NCBI GenBank assembly: GCA_963707025.1
Contig: CAVPOM010000003.1
Span: forward strand, 160,001 to 224,000
Reading direction: 5' to 3'
Source of the DNA: an uncultured Verrucomicrobiae bacterium
Lineage (GTDB): Bacteria > Verrucomicrobiota > Verrucomicrobiia > Limisphaerales > Palsa-1400
Length of the DNA: 64,000 nucleotides
Made by a program: the position numbers and the translations under genes
Shown here: piece after piece, positions 11,001-21,300 of the stretch
How positions within the stretch are numbered: position 1 is the stretch's first letter
Layout of the letters: the number at the start of each line of letters is the position of its first letter
Notes under the pieces: generated by a model
Told to the model about the DNA's origin: nothing
Databases searched by the model: none
The model's input: the letters and a program-made list of their open reading frames with translations, nothing else

Positions 11001-11724
11001 TTGGGCGCCACCTGGCCGTCCGGCCGGGTAAACTGCATCCGCGCCGCAGTGCGCACCAGCCGGTCAATCCGGTCGCACAGCACGGCCACCGTGTGCTCCC
11101 GGGCCAGCGGGGAAATCTGCGAATAAAGCGTCGAAATCTTGATGGACACCACCTCGATTTCCGGCCACTGCAAGCCTTGCAAGTATTGCTGCAGACGCCG
11201 TTCGGCTTCCGCTTCGCTTAGAATGGCTTCCCCGAGGAAATTCACGTTCATGCGAACCCCTTCCCGCTTCCGTTCCCGCAAATGCCCGGTCAGCATTTCC
11301 CGCTCGCCGGGCAGAATCACGTTGGCCGTCTCTTTCTGCATCTGCCCTTTGACCAGGGGCAGCGCCACCCCGGGGGCGTAACCGCCGAAGGACTGGAATC
11401 CCTTCATCAGCGTCCGGTCCATCGCGCTGAAGAATCGCGGCACCCCTTGCACGTCCAGGATGTGAACCAGATGCTCCACGGCCCGGGCGGGTCCTGCGTG
11501 CGAAAGGCCTGGTCGGTCATCTGCGCCAGCGTCGCCTTGTCTGAGGGCGTTTGCAGCATCCGGTCCAACTCGGCCTGTTGCCGCCGCTCCGCCCCGCTCT
11601 GCAATTGCCCGGCCCGTTCCTGCAGCCGGCGCGCCAGGAAGATCGCCTTCTGCGCGGAAGGCGAACTGGAGGATTTCGGGTCGGGGCTGAAGTTCTGGAA
11701 CAAAGAATCCAACTGGTCCTTCAT
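8069..11724 (-). CDS. putA: Bifunctional proline dehydrogenase / P5C dehydrogenase, apparent frameshift at 11489-11491
   Basis: PRODH motifs LDMEEY, RLVKGAN, QFEMLEGM and YLIRRLDEN; ALDH motifs PWNFP, ETGGKNA and GQKCSA. The N-terminus is in ORF 11407-11724; adding one C (GACCC to GACCCC) joins the frames as TQDPARAVEHL. Confidence 0.92.
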
Positions 11725-11769
11725 AATGCGCGGCTTGGGGTGGGAGGTTGGGCCGGACGGCGCCGCGCC

Positions 11770-14181
11770 CTAAAAGCTTTCGTGTTCGGTCCGGGCGATG
11801 ATTTCTTCCTGCAATTCGGTCGAGAGATCGCAAAAGTAATCGCTGTAGCCCGCCACGCGAATAATCAAATCGCGATGCTGCTCCGGGTGTTGTTGCGCCT
11901 GGCGCAGTTGCTCGGCCCGCACCACGTTGAATTGCACATGGTGGCCGTCCATCTTGAAATAGCTGCGCACCAGGTGGGCCCATTGCTCCAGGCCTTCTTC
12001 GGCGGCGACCAGCCCCGGCGTCAATTTCATGTTCAACAACGTGCCGCCCGCTTTGAGATGATCCATCTTGGCCGCGCTCTTGAAGACGGCGGTCGGCCCG
12101 TGCCGGTCGGCCCCCTGCGCCGGCGAAATGCCTTCCGAGAGCGGCCGGCGCGCCCGGCGGCCATCGGGCGTCGCCCCGATCATGCTCCCGAAATAGACAT
12201 GGCAGGTCGTCGGCAGCATCTCGATCCGGTAATGGCCTCCCTTGGTATTGGGCCGCCCGTCCAGTTCTGCAAAGCAGGTGTTGAAAATCTCCACCGTGAT
12301 GTCATCGGCCGCGTCATCGTCGTTGCCGTATTTGTGGGTGCGGTTGAGCAGGCGCTGGCGCAGCACCTCCTGCTCCGCGAAATCCGCGTCCAGGATCGCC
12401 GCCATTTCACCCAGCCCCAGCCGTTTGCCGGCCGGGGCGCCCTTTGCCTTCCGCCCCGCCGCCCCCTGGCCGTTGCGATTGTCAAAACAAAATTGTCGCA
12501 GCGCGCTGAAGCTGTCCGTCAGGCTCCCCAGCCCCACGAACTGCACGTAGGAGTTGTTGTAACGCGCCCCGCCCGCGTTGTAGTCCAGCCCGCGCTGGAC
12601 GCAATCGTCGGTCAGCACGCTCAGGAAGGGCGCCGGCATCAGTTGGGCGAACATCCGCTCGATCAACTGGTTGCCGCGCACCTTGATCTCCAGGAAATGG
12701 CGCAATTGCCGCCGCCAGGCCGCAAAGAGCGCGGGGTAGGTTTGGAACGTGTCCGGCTCTCCGGTGCGCAGCCCGATCTGCCGGCCCGTCATCGGATCCA
12801 CCCCGTTGTGCAGGGTGATCTCCAGCACTTTGACCAGGTTAAAATAGCCGGTCAGGATGTAGGCCTCCTTGCCAAACGCGCCCACCTCCACGCACCCGCT
12901 GCAGCCCCCGGCCCGCGCGTCTTCCAGCGTCTTGCCCTGGCGAAGCTGCTCCAGCACCACCGCGTCTGCATTAAAAATGGAGGGAAAACCATACCCATGC
13001 CGGATCACCCGCAAGGCATGCGTGAGAAAGGCCTCCGGGCTTTTTCGCGAAAGCTGCAGATTGCTGCTCGGTTGCAGCAGGTGCATCTCCTCCACGATGT
13101 CCAGCAGGATGTGCGACACCTCATTGGAGCCTTCCGAGCCGTCCGCCAGCAGACCGCCCAAATTCAGGTTGGCAAAGTCGGTGTAAGTCCCGCTTTCCGC
13201 CAGCGTCACCCCCACCTTGGGCGGCGCCGGATGGTTGTTGAACTTGATGAAAAAGCACTCCAGCAACTCCCGCGCCTTCTCCCGGCTCAACGTGCCCTCC
13301 GCCAGCCCTTTCTCGTAAAAGGGCAGCAGGTGCTGGTCCAGATGCCCGGGGCTGAACGAATCCCACCCGTTCAACTCCGTGATCACCGCCAGGTGGCAGA
13401 ACCAGTAATATTGCAGCGCCTCCTGGAAATCCCGTGGCGCCTGCGCCGGCACCCGCCCGCAAACCTCCGCGATCTTCTCCAACTCCGCCCGCCGCGCCGC
13501 CTTCTTTTCCGCCGCCGCCATTTCCCGCGCCAGCGCGCCGTGCCGCTCCGCCAGCCGCAGGACCGCGTCGCAGGCGATGTCAAACGACCTCAGCGCCTCG
13601 CGCTTGTTGTAGGCGTCGGCGTCCTGCAGGAAATCCAGCCCGGCCATCGCCCCGGCAATGTCCCGTTTGAAATCCAGCATTCCCTTCCCGTAAATCTTTC
13701 CGTCCAGCACCGTGTGCCCCGGCGCGCGCTGCTCCATAAACTCGGTGAACAGGCCGGCCTGGTAAGCCTCGTGCCATTCCGCCGGCAATTGCGCGAACAT
13801 CTTCTCCCGCATCGAGCGGCCCCGCCAGTAGGGGATGACCTTCTCTGCATAGACCCGCCGCGTTTCCGGCGTCACCTCGTAATGCGTCTTGGCCCGCGAG
13901 TTCAAAATCTCCAGGTCCTCCACGCTGTGGCAGGTCAGCTCCGGAAACGTCGGCGTCTGTTTCGGGCCCGGCCCGCGCTCGCCCACGATCAGTTCGCCTT
14001 CCCCGAGGTAAAGGGCCTTGTGCTCGCACAGATGCAGAAACGATTTCGCCCGCATCACCGGCGCCGAGTGCCGCCCCTCGTTGGCCTGATAAAATTCCGT
14101 CATCAGCACCGCCCGCTCGGGCGAGATCGAAGGGCGCGCGGCCAGGCTTTCCTGCCGCAGTTTCTCAGTGCGTGGCGTCAT
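11770..14181 (-). CDS. hypD: Glycyl radical enzyme, trans-4-hydroxy-L-proline dehydratase-like
   Basis: Gly loop RVAGY and Cys loop SGCVE; HypD-type segments EFMEQRAPGH, NGWD, ESGTYTDF, EAYILTGY and MLPTTCH. Confidence 0.85.
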   Translation of the reverse strand: MTPRTEKLRQESLAARPSISPERAVLMTEFYQANEGRHSAPVMRAKSFLHLCEHKALYLGEGELIVGERGPGPKQTPTFPELTCHSVEDLEILNSRAKTHYEVTPETRRVYAEKVIPYWRGRSMREKMFAQLPAEWHEAYQAGLFTEFMEQRAPGHTVLDGKIYGKGMLDFKRDIAGAMAGLDFLQDADAYNKREALRSFDIACDAVLRLAERHGALAREMAAAEKKAARRAELEKIAEVCGRVPAQAPRDFQEALQYYWFCHLAVITELNGWDSFSPGHLDQHLLPFYEKGLAEGTLSREKARELLECFFIKFNNHPAPPKVGVTLAESGTYTDFANLNLGGLLADGSEGSNEVSHILLDIVEEMHLLQPSSNLQLSRKSPEAFLTHALRVIRHGYGFPSIFNADAVVLEQLRQGKTLEDARAGGCSGCVEVGAFGKEAYILTGYFNLVKVLEITLHNGVDPMTGRQIGLRTGEPDTFQTYPALFAAWRRQLRHFLEIKVRGNQLIERMFAQLMPAPFLSVLTDDCVQRGLDYNAGGARYNNSYVQFVGLGSLTDSFSALRQFCFDNRNGQGAAGRKAKGAPAGKRLGLGEMAAILDADFAEQEVLRQRLLNRTHKYGNDDDAADDITVEIFNTCFAELDGRPNTKGGHYRIEMLPTTCHVYFGSMIGATPDGRRARRPLSEGISPAQGADRHGPTAVFKSAAKMDHLKAGGTLLNMKLTPGLVAAEEGLEQWAHLVRSYFKMDGHHVQFNVVRAEQLRQAQQHPEQHRDLIIRVAGYSDYFCDLSTELQEEIIARTEHESF

Positions 14182-14205
14182 GGGCTTTCACGATGACACG
14201 CGCGG

Positions 14206-15120
14206 TCAGCCGCCTATCTTCACCTCGAAGCCGCGCTGGCGGAATATTCCCGCGGCGCGCTCCATCCCCTCCGGGGAAGGCGGTTCCACGCTTGCCAACG
14301 CATAAGCATGGCTCATCTGGCGCGACTTGAAAAGCCCAAATTTGTGATAGGGCAAAAGATTCACCCGCCTCACCCCGGGCAATCCCGCGGCGAACCCTGC
14401 CGCCGCCTCCCAATCCTGGTCCCCGTCATTGATCCCGGGAATCACCGGCACCCGCAGCCAGATGTTCCCGTGGGCACGGGCCAGGGCGCGCAAGTTGGCC
14501 AGAATCGGCCCGTTGGAGACACCCGTGTACTGCCGGTGCCGCGCCTCGTCCATCAGCTTCAGATCATACAAAACCAGGTCGGTCATCCCGGCCACCTCCA
14601 GCAAAACGTCCGTGCAGGCGAATCCGCAGGTGTCCAGCGCCGTCCTCAGACCCTCCCGCCGGCAAGCCGCCAGCAGCCCCTTGAGAAAAACCGGCTGCGC
14701 CAGCGGTTCCCCGCCCGAAAAGGTCACGCCCCCGCCCGATTCCTCGTAAAAAACCCGGTCCTGCCGCACCGCTTCCATGATCTCCCCAATCGTCCTGCGT
14801 TCCCCTATCATCTGACGCGCCCCGGTCGGGCAGGCCTCGGCGCACTGCCCGCAAACCAGGCATTCGGCCGCGTCGGTTGGCATGGCCCCTTGGCCGGCCA
14901 CCACCTCCCCGAACGGGCACGCCCGGCGGCACTCGCCGCAGGCCGTGCAGCGCTTTTCAGCCACCACCAGCTCCGGCCGGGCCGACTGGCTTTCGGGATT
15001 ATGACACCAGGCGCAGCACAGCGGGCATCCCTTCAAGAAAACCGTCGTGCGAATTCCCGGCCCGTCGTGCAGGCAGTACTTCTGCACATTGAAAACCAGT
15101 CCCGACTCATTCATGCGCAT
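14206..15120 (-). CDS. Glycyl-radical enzyme activating protein with ferredoxin insert
   Basis: HDGPGIRTTVFLKGCPLCCAWCHNPE, two CxxCxxCxxxCP motifs and GGVTFSGGEP. Confidence 0.95.
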   Translation of the reverse strand: MRMNESGLVFNVQKYCLHDGPGIRTTVFLKGCPLCCAWCHNPESQSARPELVVAEKRCTACGECRRACPFGEVVAGQGAMPTDAAECLVCGQCAEACPTGARQMIGERRTIGEIMEAVRQDRVFYEESGGGVTFSGGEPLAQPVFLKGLLAACRREGLRTALDTCGFACTDVLLEVAGMTDLVLYDLKLMDEARHRQYTGVSNGPILANLRALARAHGNIWLRVPVIPGINDGDQDWEAAAGFAAGLPGVRRVNLLPYHKFGLFKSRQMSHAYALASVEPPSPEGMERAAGIFRQRGFEVKIGG

Positions 15121-15206
15121 CTTATTTGCCGCCACATCCCCCATCATAACCCCCGCCCCAGAATGAGCAACCCCTGTCCACTCTTCCGGGAAGCGCATGG
15201 GTCCAG

Positions 15207-15331
15207 TTCAGATTTTTGGGTTCCCCTCTTAATCTTGCTCCTAATCTTAATCTTAATCGCATCGCCCTCCCGCATTCGGATTAAGAGCAAGATTAAGATT
15301 ACGATTAAGAAAGAGGACCCAAACATGTGAA
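15207..15331. repeat. About 125-bp imperfect palindrome built on AATCTT hexamers (MITE-like)
   Basis: TTCAGATTTTTGGGT...ACCCAAACATGTGAA ends, with inner AATCTT and AAGATT runs in inverted orientation. Confidence 0.7.
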
Positions 15332-15885
15332 ATGAACCCGGGAGCGCATGGGTGGAATCCCGATCCAATCGGGACCCGTCCCGCCGGGCCACTGGCCCGG
15401 CGGCAGATAGCGGACTGCCATTCTGTAAGAAAACCGCGTCCGGTGAAATTCCCTCCCCCCACGAAGTGTGGAGAGGGTTAGCCGAGGCACCATTTCGCGC
15501 AGGGCGTGAGCGAACCATAATTGAAAAACCCGCTTGTCCTGATTCCTCATACGTCATCCCGGCCTTGATTATCAAGGCTTTACATCGTTTTGCCTCATCC
15601 CGAATCATCCCGAATCTACCCGAAAAATGGCAAACAGTATTAGATTCCAGTATCAGATTTCCCCAAAACCATGCGCCTCGGCCCGGTCTGTGTTCCCGTC
15701 TCGCCTGTCCCGCCGTAGCTTTGGCGAACGCGGATCACTCGGCTTCCTGAAACCAGGAAGGGCCTAACGGGTTTTTCCATTGCCGGACGACCCAAACTGG
15801 CAGAACCTGCCGGCCTTGCACGACCCCGAGCTTCAGTCGAATTGGTTTGCAGATCGCGGCAAATCCCATATTATCAAAATCCGGT

Positions 15886-16842
15886 ATGATACTGGCCTCG
15901 ACATCCGCCATTGAAACGCCCGATAGGCCGGCTGCCGTCATTCGCCGGCGAAATGGCAAGCCGCCGTCGGTTTCCAGGCTCACCGAGAAGAAACTAATCC
16001 CCTTTGGCTGGTATGGGGGAAAATTCTCCCACCTCGCATGGCTTCTTCCGCTGCTCCCGCGATGCCACCATTATTGCGAGCCGTTTGCAGGTTCGGCTGC
16101 CGTGCTCCTTAACCGTTTGCCATCCCGCGTCGAAACCTACAATGATCTTGATGGCGAGGTATGTAATTTTTTCAAAATTCTCCGGGACCACAAATCGAAG
16201 TTGGTTGAGGCCATTGGTTTGACCCCTTTCTCCCGCGAGGAATTTGCTCTGGCCTGCGCTCTTGATCCCGAAGTTTCGGCACTCGAACGCGCCCGCCGTT
16301 TTTATATCCGTGCCCGACAAGTGCGCACGGGCCTCGCGCAAACCGCTACGGTTGGCCGCTGGGCCAATTGCAAAAATACCAGCCGCGCCGGCATGAGCGG
16401 CGTGATCAGCCGCTGGCTGGGCGGGGTTGAAATGCTGCCCGAAATCGCGGACCGCCTTCTGCGCGTGCAGATTGAGAACCGACCGGCCATTGACGTAATC
16501 AGGCTCTATGATTCCCCGGACACCCTCTTTTATTGCGATCCTCCCTATATCCACGAAACCAGAGGCGATTCAAAGGCATACGGTCACGAGATGACCGACC
16601 ACCAGCATTGCGAGTTGGCGAAAGTGCTTCACGCGGTCAAGGGCATGGTTGCGATTTCAAATTACCAATGTCCGCTGATGGACGGACTTTATCCCGCCCC
16701 CCGCTGGCACAAAATTGTCGGCCCGGCTCGCACCAATCACGCGACTAAGGGCACGCGAGTTGAGCTGCTTTGGGTCAATTACAAACCACAGAACAAACCC
16801 TTGAATGACCGAAACGGATACCTGTTTGAAGATTCTGAATGA
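15886..16842 (+). CDS. DNA adenine methyltransferase (Dam/D12 class)
   Basis: WYGGK, EPFAGSAAV, YNDLD and YCDPPY motifs in alpha-class order. Confidence 0.92.
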   Translation: MILASTSAIETPDRPAAVIRRRNGKPPSVSRLTEKKLIPFGWYGGKFSHLAWLLPLLPRCHHYCEPFAGSAAVLLNRLPSRVETYNDLDGEVCNFFKILRDHKSKLVEAIGLTPFSREEFALACALDPEVSALERARRFYIRARQVRTGLAQTATVGRWANCKNTSRAGMSGVISRWLGGVEMLPEIADRLLRVQIENRPAIDVIRLYDSPDTLFYCDPPYIHETRGDSKAYGHEMTDHQHCELAKVLHAVKGMVAISNYQCPLMDGLYPAPRWHKIVGPARTNHATKGTRVELLWVNYKPQNKPLNDRNGYLFEDSE

Positions 16843-17842
16843 CGCTTATTCCCGAGCAGCTTCTCAGATCACCAAATCCTTCATAAACGACGCTGTCATC
16901 TTGCAGCGTGTTGAAATGGTCGCCCTGTGCCTCAGAAATAGGGCGGGCGTAAGGGCCTTGCTGGCTGGCGCCCTCGCCAAAGTGTACCAACCCAAACTCG
17001 ACATCCGCAAACCATACACGGACATCGCGGGCCGGGCGCGGAAAGGCTGTTTTTCGGGCCGCGCTTTTGATGAACACTACATCCAGACCCTAACTGCGAA
17101 GCCTTACAATTTGCCCATAAACGCGACGACCGCTTACCTGACTCCCGGATTTCGGACCAAGAACATCGTCCTTACGCCTGACGTGGAGCTGGAGGGCCGC
17201 CCACCGGAGATGTATAAAGCGGTGCTTCAGCTTTTCGATGACGTGCAGAAAAATCGGGTGTCGGCGCAGAATGTTCTCGATGAAGCGATGCGACTGCTCA
17301 TCATTGAGCGTGACAAGCGCGATTTGACTCTTCAGAACCTCCTCACCGACATCAAACGGACGACCGACAAAATGCCCCTCGCGGCAGAGGACATAATAAA
17401 TCTCATTAGCCAGCATTTGGCCTGCAAGAATTCCGCCCGACTGCCGGTTCTGGTGATCGCCGCCGCCTACAAGGTGGCCGCAGAGCGGCTGGGCGAGAGA
17501 ATTCTTCATCTACACTCGCACAACGCCGCCGACAAACAAACGGGGGCCGCTGGAGATATTGAAATCACCCTTTTGGGGGACGACAACGTCGTCACGGCTT
17601 ATGAAATGAAGATGAAACCTGTCGCCGTTGCCGACATCGACATTGCACTCGAAAAAATCAGGACCCACAAGGCCACAATACAGCACTATCTGTTCATCAC
17701 GACCGACAACGTTGACCAGGAGGTGCGTGAATACGCCGCAGCGCTTTACGACGAACTTGGCGGGTGAGCTGGACCCCTATTTTTAGACCACAGGTAAGTT
17801 TCGATTTTTGCCGGTTTGCTGTAGATAAGAAAGAGCAGACTT

Positions 17843-18133
17843 ATGAAAGCAAAACGGAAAAGACACAGTGCGGCCTTCAAGGCCAAAGTGGGATTCGAAG
17901 CCCTGGTGGGGCTGAAGACGGTCGCGCAATTGGCGCGAGAGTATGCGGTGCATCCGGCGCAGGTCACGCAGTGGCGGGCGACGATTCGGGATCACATGCC
18001 CGAATTGTTTGAGCCCGGGCAACCCCGCACGGAGGATCAGGAACAGTTGATTGCCCAACTGCATGAGAAGATTGGCCAACTGACGGTGGACTTGGACTGG
18101 CTTAAAAAAAAGTCCAGGCAACTGGGGCTTTAA
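17843..18133 (+). CDS. IS3 OrfA (HTH)
   Basis: KRKRHSAAFKAKV...QLAREYAVHPAQVTQW...LDWLKKK. Confidence 0.92.
   Translation: MKAKRKRHSAAFKAKVGFEALVGLKTVAQLAREYAVHPAQVTQWRATIRDHMPELFEPGQPRTEDQEQLIAQLHEKIGQLTVDLDWLKKKSRQLGL
18104..18112 (+). other. Programmed -1 frameshift site A8G joining OrfA and OrfB
   Basis: AAAAAAAAG; the -1 frame is open from 18106 into OrfB. Confidence 0.8.
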
Positions 18134-18165
18134 CATGTTTAATCGCTCCCGATCCGCAGCTCAGC

Positions 18166-19020
18166 GTGCGGCGCCAGTGCGAGCTGCTGGCGGTGTGCCG
18201 TGGCAGTTATTATTACCAGTGCTGTCCGGAGACAGAGGAGAACCTGGCGCTGATGCGGCGGTTGGACCAGATGCATTTGGACCACCCGGTTTATGGCAGC
18301 CGCAAACTGACCGTGCTGTTGCGCCGGGAGGGTTTGACCATCAATCGCAAACGGGTGGTGCGGCTGCTGCGGTTGATGGGGATCGAGGCGATTTACGCCA
18401 AGCCCAAGACGAGTCTGCGGGAGATGGGGCACCAGATTTATCCGTATCTGTTACGCAATTTGGCAGTGACGGGACCGGATCAGGTTTGGTGTTCGGACAT
18501 TACGTATGTGCCTATGGCAACTGGGTTTATGTATTTGGTGGCGGTGATGGATTGGTGGAGTCGTTACGTGCTGGGATGGCGCTTGAGCAACACGTTGGAG
18601 GCGGACTTTTGTGTGGACGCTTGGGAGGCGGCGTTGCGGGCGGGGCGTCAGGCGCCGTTGATTTCCAATACCGACCAGGGATCGCAGTTCACCTCCCCGA
18701 TGTTTATCGATGCGGTGGAATCGGCGGGGGTGGACGTGAGCATGGACGGACGGGGTCGCTGGATGGACAACCGGTTTATCGAGCGGCTGTGGCGGAGCGC
18801 CAAGTATGAGGACATTTATTTGCAAGACTATGGCGACGGGTTGGCGGCAGGGCGCGGACTGGGCCGGTGGTTTGACGGCTACAACCGGGAACGACCGCAC
18901 CAGGCGTTGGGCTATGCGACGCCGGCGGACGCGTATTTTGATCCCGGCACGCATGGAGCCCAACCGGCCAAATGGGAAGCGATGCAACCTGCCAGAGGCA
19001 GGAGCGATCGCAGCACTTGA
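18166..19020 (+). CDS. IS3 OrfB DDE transposase
   Basis: WCSDITY, NTDQGSQF, DNRFIERLWRSAKYE and YNRERPHQAL motifs. Confidence 0.95.
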   Translation: MRRQCELLAVCRGSYYYQCCPETEENLALMRRLDQMHLDHPVYGSRKLTVLLRREGLTINRKRVVRLLRLMGIEAIYAKPKTSLREMGHQIYPYLLRNLAVTGPDQVWCSDITYVPMATGFMYLVAVMDWWSRYVLGWRLSNTLEADFCVDAWEAALRAGRQAPLISNTDQGSQFTSPMFIDAVESAGVDVSMDGRGRWMDNRFIERLWRSAKYEDIYLQDYGDGLAAGRGLGRWFDGYNRERPHQALGYATPADAYFDPGTHGAQPAKWEAMQPARGRSDRST

Positions 19021-19834
19021 CAGAGAGGCAGGCGGCAGGAAAAGGCTTGAAATCAGACCGCCTGCGGCGGTAGAGTTGAGAACCCTAAGAAAACGGAGAG
19101 GGAGGACGGGCAGTGCTCCGCATCGCTCGTTCTCTCTTTCGAAAGGGTTTTGAAACACGGAATGAACAGTAGTCAACTACAATTAGTAATGACAGCAATC
19201 GGCAAAAGTCGCGCTTATTTCATGCGCTCCGTGGTCTAAAGGATGGGGTCCACCTCAGGGATTGAAATTGCCGTTCTGGGCTGTATTGAGTTTCTGCGTC
19301 ATTTCCTGCACTTATTTCACCGGCTGCGAAACGACTACCTTGACGCATACCAGGAACTTCTCTTAGCGGAACCTGAAAGTGCTGTCAGCCATACGCTGAA
19401 GGAAACCTTTTTGGCCCTGAGAAAGACTGCCGAAGGTGCCGCCTAACACCGAAGACGCGCCCCCATAACGAAACCATGAGGCTTTCCCCGCTCCGTGTTC
19501 CCATGTCGTCATCCGGCTTGCTCAAGACCTGAAGGCCAAGCCAAATGCCAACACGCGAACGCTCCGCCCCGACAAGTGCCTGGTCGTGACGTCGCTGGAT
19601 TCCAGCTTGCGCCCTCTTTGCCGTTCGCAACATGGAGTCCACCGCCATCACCACCAGGGAGTTGAAGACAAGCACGGAGGACCGCTTTTAGGGTGTCAAT
19701 GTAGCTTTCCGCTGTCGCGGACGGGGAAAAATCAGACTGTGCAATCACTCACTCTCAGCCGACGCGAGGTGCGGCAACCTTCTTCTGCCGCTTGCCCGCC
19801 GACTGCCATATTGCTTCCGCCATCCCCGCCCTGA

Positions 19835-20502
19835 TTATCGCGCTTGGGCGTTTGCGCGCCAGCGACGCCAGGCGAACAACAACAAGCCGGGCACGACCAT
19901 CAAAACCAAAGTGTCTGGTTCGGGAACGGCAGTCGCGGTCAGAGAGAACTGCGGATCCTCAAAGTTGGCGGTCCACGAGGAGCCATCCCTCGAACTGAGA
20001 AGATAATCAGTGCCTCCCCATCCACCACTTTCAACCGGGGGGAATTATCAAAGCTCCAAGCATAAGCGCCGTTCGCGACGGACGTTGCAGCGTTGAGCAC
20101 AATAAAATATGGGGTATTAGGAGCAAGCATAAAGCTGGAAGCCGTATAGGTAAAAAACCCGCCAGTGACAGGATCGCTGGAACCAGTAAGAGTGCCGAGG
20201 CTGCTTTCAGGCAGGACTGATGCAAAAACGCTGGCGGAGTAAACCATGACGGTGAAGCCGTTGGGAGAACCTGACGCCGGCGTCATCGCCAACTGAACGG
20301 AATCGAGCTCATAACCGCCGGGATTGTTTCCCGTCCCAAACGGCGCGGCCAGCAATGAATCACTTCCCACGCTTGCACTGCCGGTTGACGGCTGGCCTAG
20401 ACTGGATACGAACACTGTACTTTGTGAGCGGGCTGTTTCCGGTGCTAGGAGCCCCAACACTAAAACAACGATGCCACCAAAAAGCTTCTTTTTCATATAC
20501 AC
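19835..20502 (-). CDS. PEP-CTERM secreted protein (choice-of-anchor R-like), apparent frameshift at 20037-20042
   Basis: Signal peptide. Adding one C to the C6 run continues the frame as PPVESGGWGG...TATAVPEPDTLVLMVVPGLLLFAWRRWRANAQAR stop, which is VPEP + transmembrane segment + basic tail. Confidence 0.85.
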
Positions 20503-20738
20503 TAACTAGTTGGAATTAATTCAATCCTATCAAAATTGTGCGACAAATTGGACATCCAGTCAACGTCCGGAACAGCGGTTGGTAACGCATATTCACAATT
20601 TCAAGCTCCATGAGGCGAGGGCTGAATTGGAGGCCGAGCAGCACGAGCGCCGCATGGCCGTCATCATGGAAACCGCAGCGCTGCAAGTGGTTGCCGATAA
20701 TATTGTGCAAAGCATGGGCGTTTTAACGCCTCCGAAGA

Positions 20739-20817
20739 TGTAACGGCATGTAACGGGGGTGTAACGGCTCTAAAATGCGTAAGTGCTTGTGGTGCAACAG
20801 GTGTAACGATGTAACGG
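20739..20817 (+). repeat. Clustered TGTAACG repeats (5 copies)
   Basis: Copies at 20739, 20749, 20760, 20802 and 20810. Confidence 0.85.
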
Positions 20818-21240
20818 CTGTTTCCGAGCAATGGTCGGGAGCGGACCCTGCGCTACTTCCAGCGGTTGTCCTGGCGGAAGAAATCCACCGAAACCAGGGA
20901 AGAACCCGAATTCCTAAGCGCCACTCAATTCCGTCCCCCTTCCCTGGAATTACCCCACAGCCGCATCCTCTTCATGTCAAAGAATCGTATCCGTCTGGCG
21001 TCTTGGCGCGCCTTGCTCTCACACTATAGGTAGAGCACGCTACCAAAGTGCCTATGGATGAGGCCCTTGCATAAATCCGCGCTTTCCCGCATTTTTCCTT
21101 TGACAACCTGCACTTAATTGATAAACTGTGACTGTGGATGCAAGACACGTAGAGCCGGACGGGGCGATGGGGGCGGAGGTTCCTCCTGTCTCAAAACCGC
21201 CGGCGCAACGGCGGCCGGGCCGCTCTGTCTTTCCAGGATC

Positions 21241-21300
21241 GTTTCACCTAGTTTCACTTGTTTTCACCTAATTTCACCTAATTTCACCTGGTTTCACTTC
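21241..21300 (+). repeat. Six tandem 10-bp repeats with a TTTCAC core
   Basis: gtttcaccta gtttcacttg ttttcaccta atttcaccta atttcacctg gtttcacttc. Confidence 0.9.

Larger units (their letters stand above)
17765..19257 (+). mobile_element. Complete IS3-family insertion sequence (1493 bp), 3-bp GGG target duplication
   Basis: IRL TGAGCTGGACCCCTATTTTTAGACCAC; IRR (reverse complement) TGAGGTGGACCCCATCCTTTAGACCAC; GGG at 17762-17764 and 19258-19260. Confidence 0.95.
16805..19446 (+). pseudogene. Putative type II restriction endonuclease (possibly SacI-like) interrupted by an IS3 element
   Basis: Overlaps the MTase; AGDIE...AYEMK is PD-(D/E)xK-like. Removing the IS and one GGG restores YDELGG-IEIAVLGCIEFL...GAA stop in frame. 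Confidence 0.75.

Noticed and set aside
11725..11983. 5' extension of the 1304-aa putA ORF
   Set aside because: It overlaps the hypD 3' end out of frame; the real N-terminus starts at 11724 across the frameshift.
11770..14181. Pyruvate formate-lyase or choline TMA-lyase assignment
   Set aside because: No adjacent Cys-Cys pair as in PFL, and the GCVEVG loop plus HypD-type segments fit HypD better than CutC.
11551..14196. Long antisense ORFs (also 1327-2442, 23152-25458, 40648-43134 and 45171-47099)
   Set aside because: Shadows of GC-rich genes on the opposite strand with no recognisable motifs.
15562..15580. FNR box upstream of the anaerobic operon
   Set aside because: The palindrome CCTTGATTATCAAGG has a 1-bp spacer rather than TTGAT-N4-ATCAA.
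18135..19176. Extra ORFs inside the IS
   Set aside because: Alternative frames of the transposase gene with no independent support.
19441..19520. Integron attC site after the endonuclease stop (GCCTAAC)
   Set aside because: No complementary GTTRRRY core or hairpin nearby, and no integron integrase.
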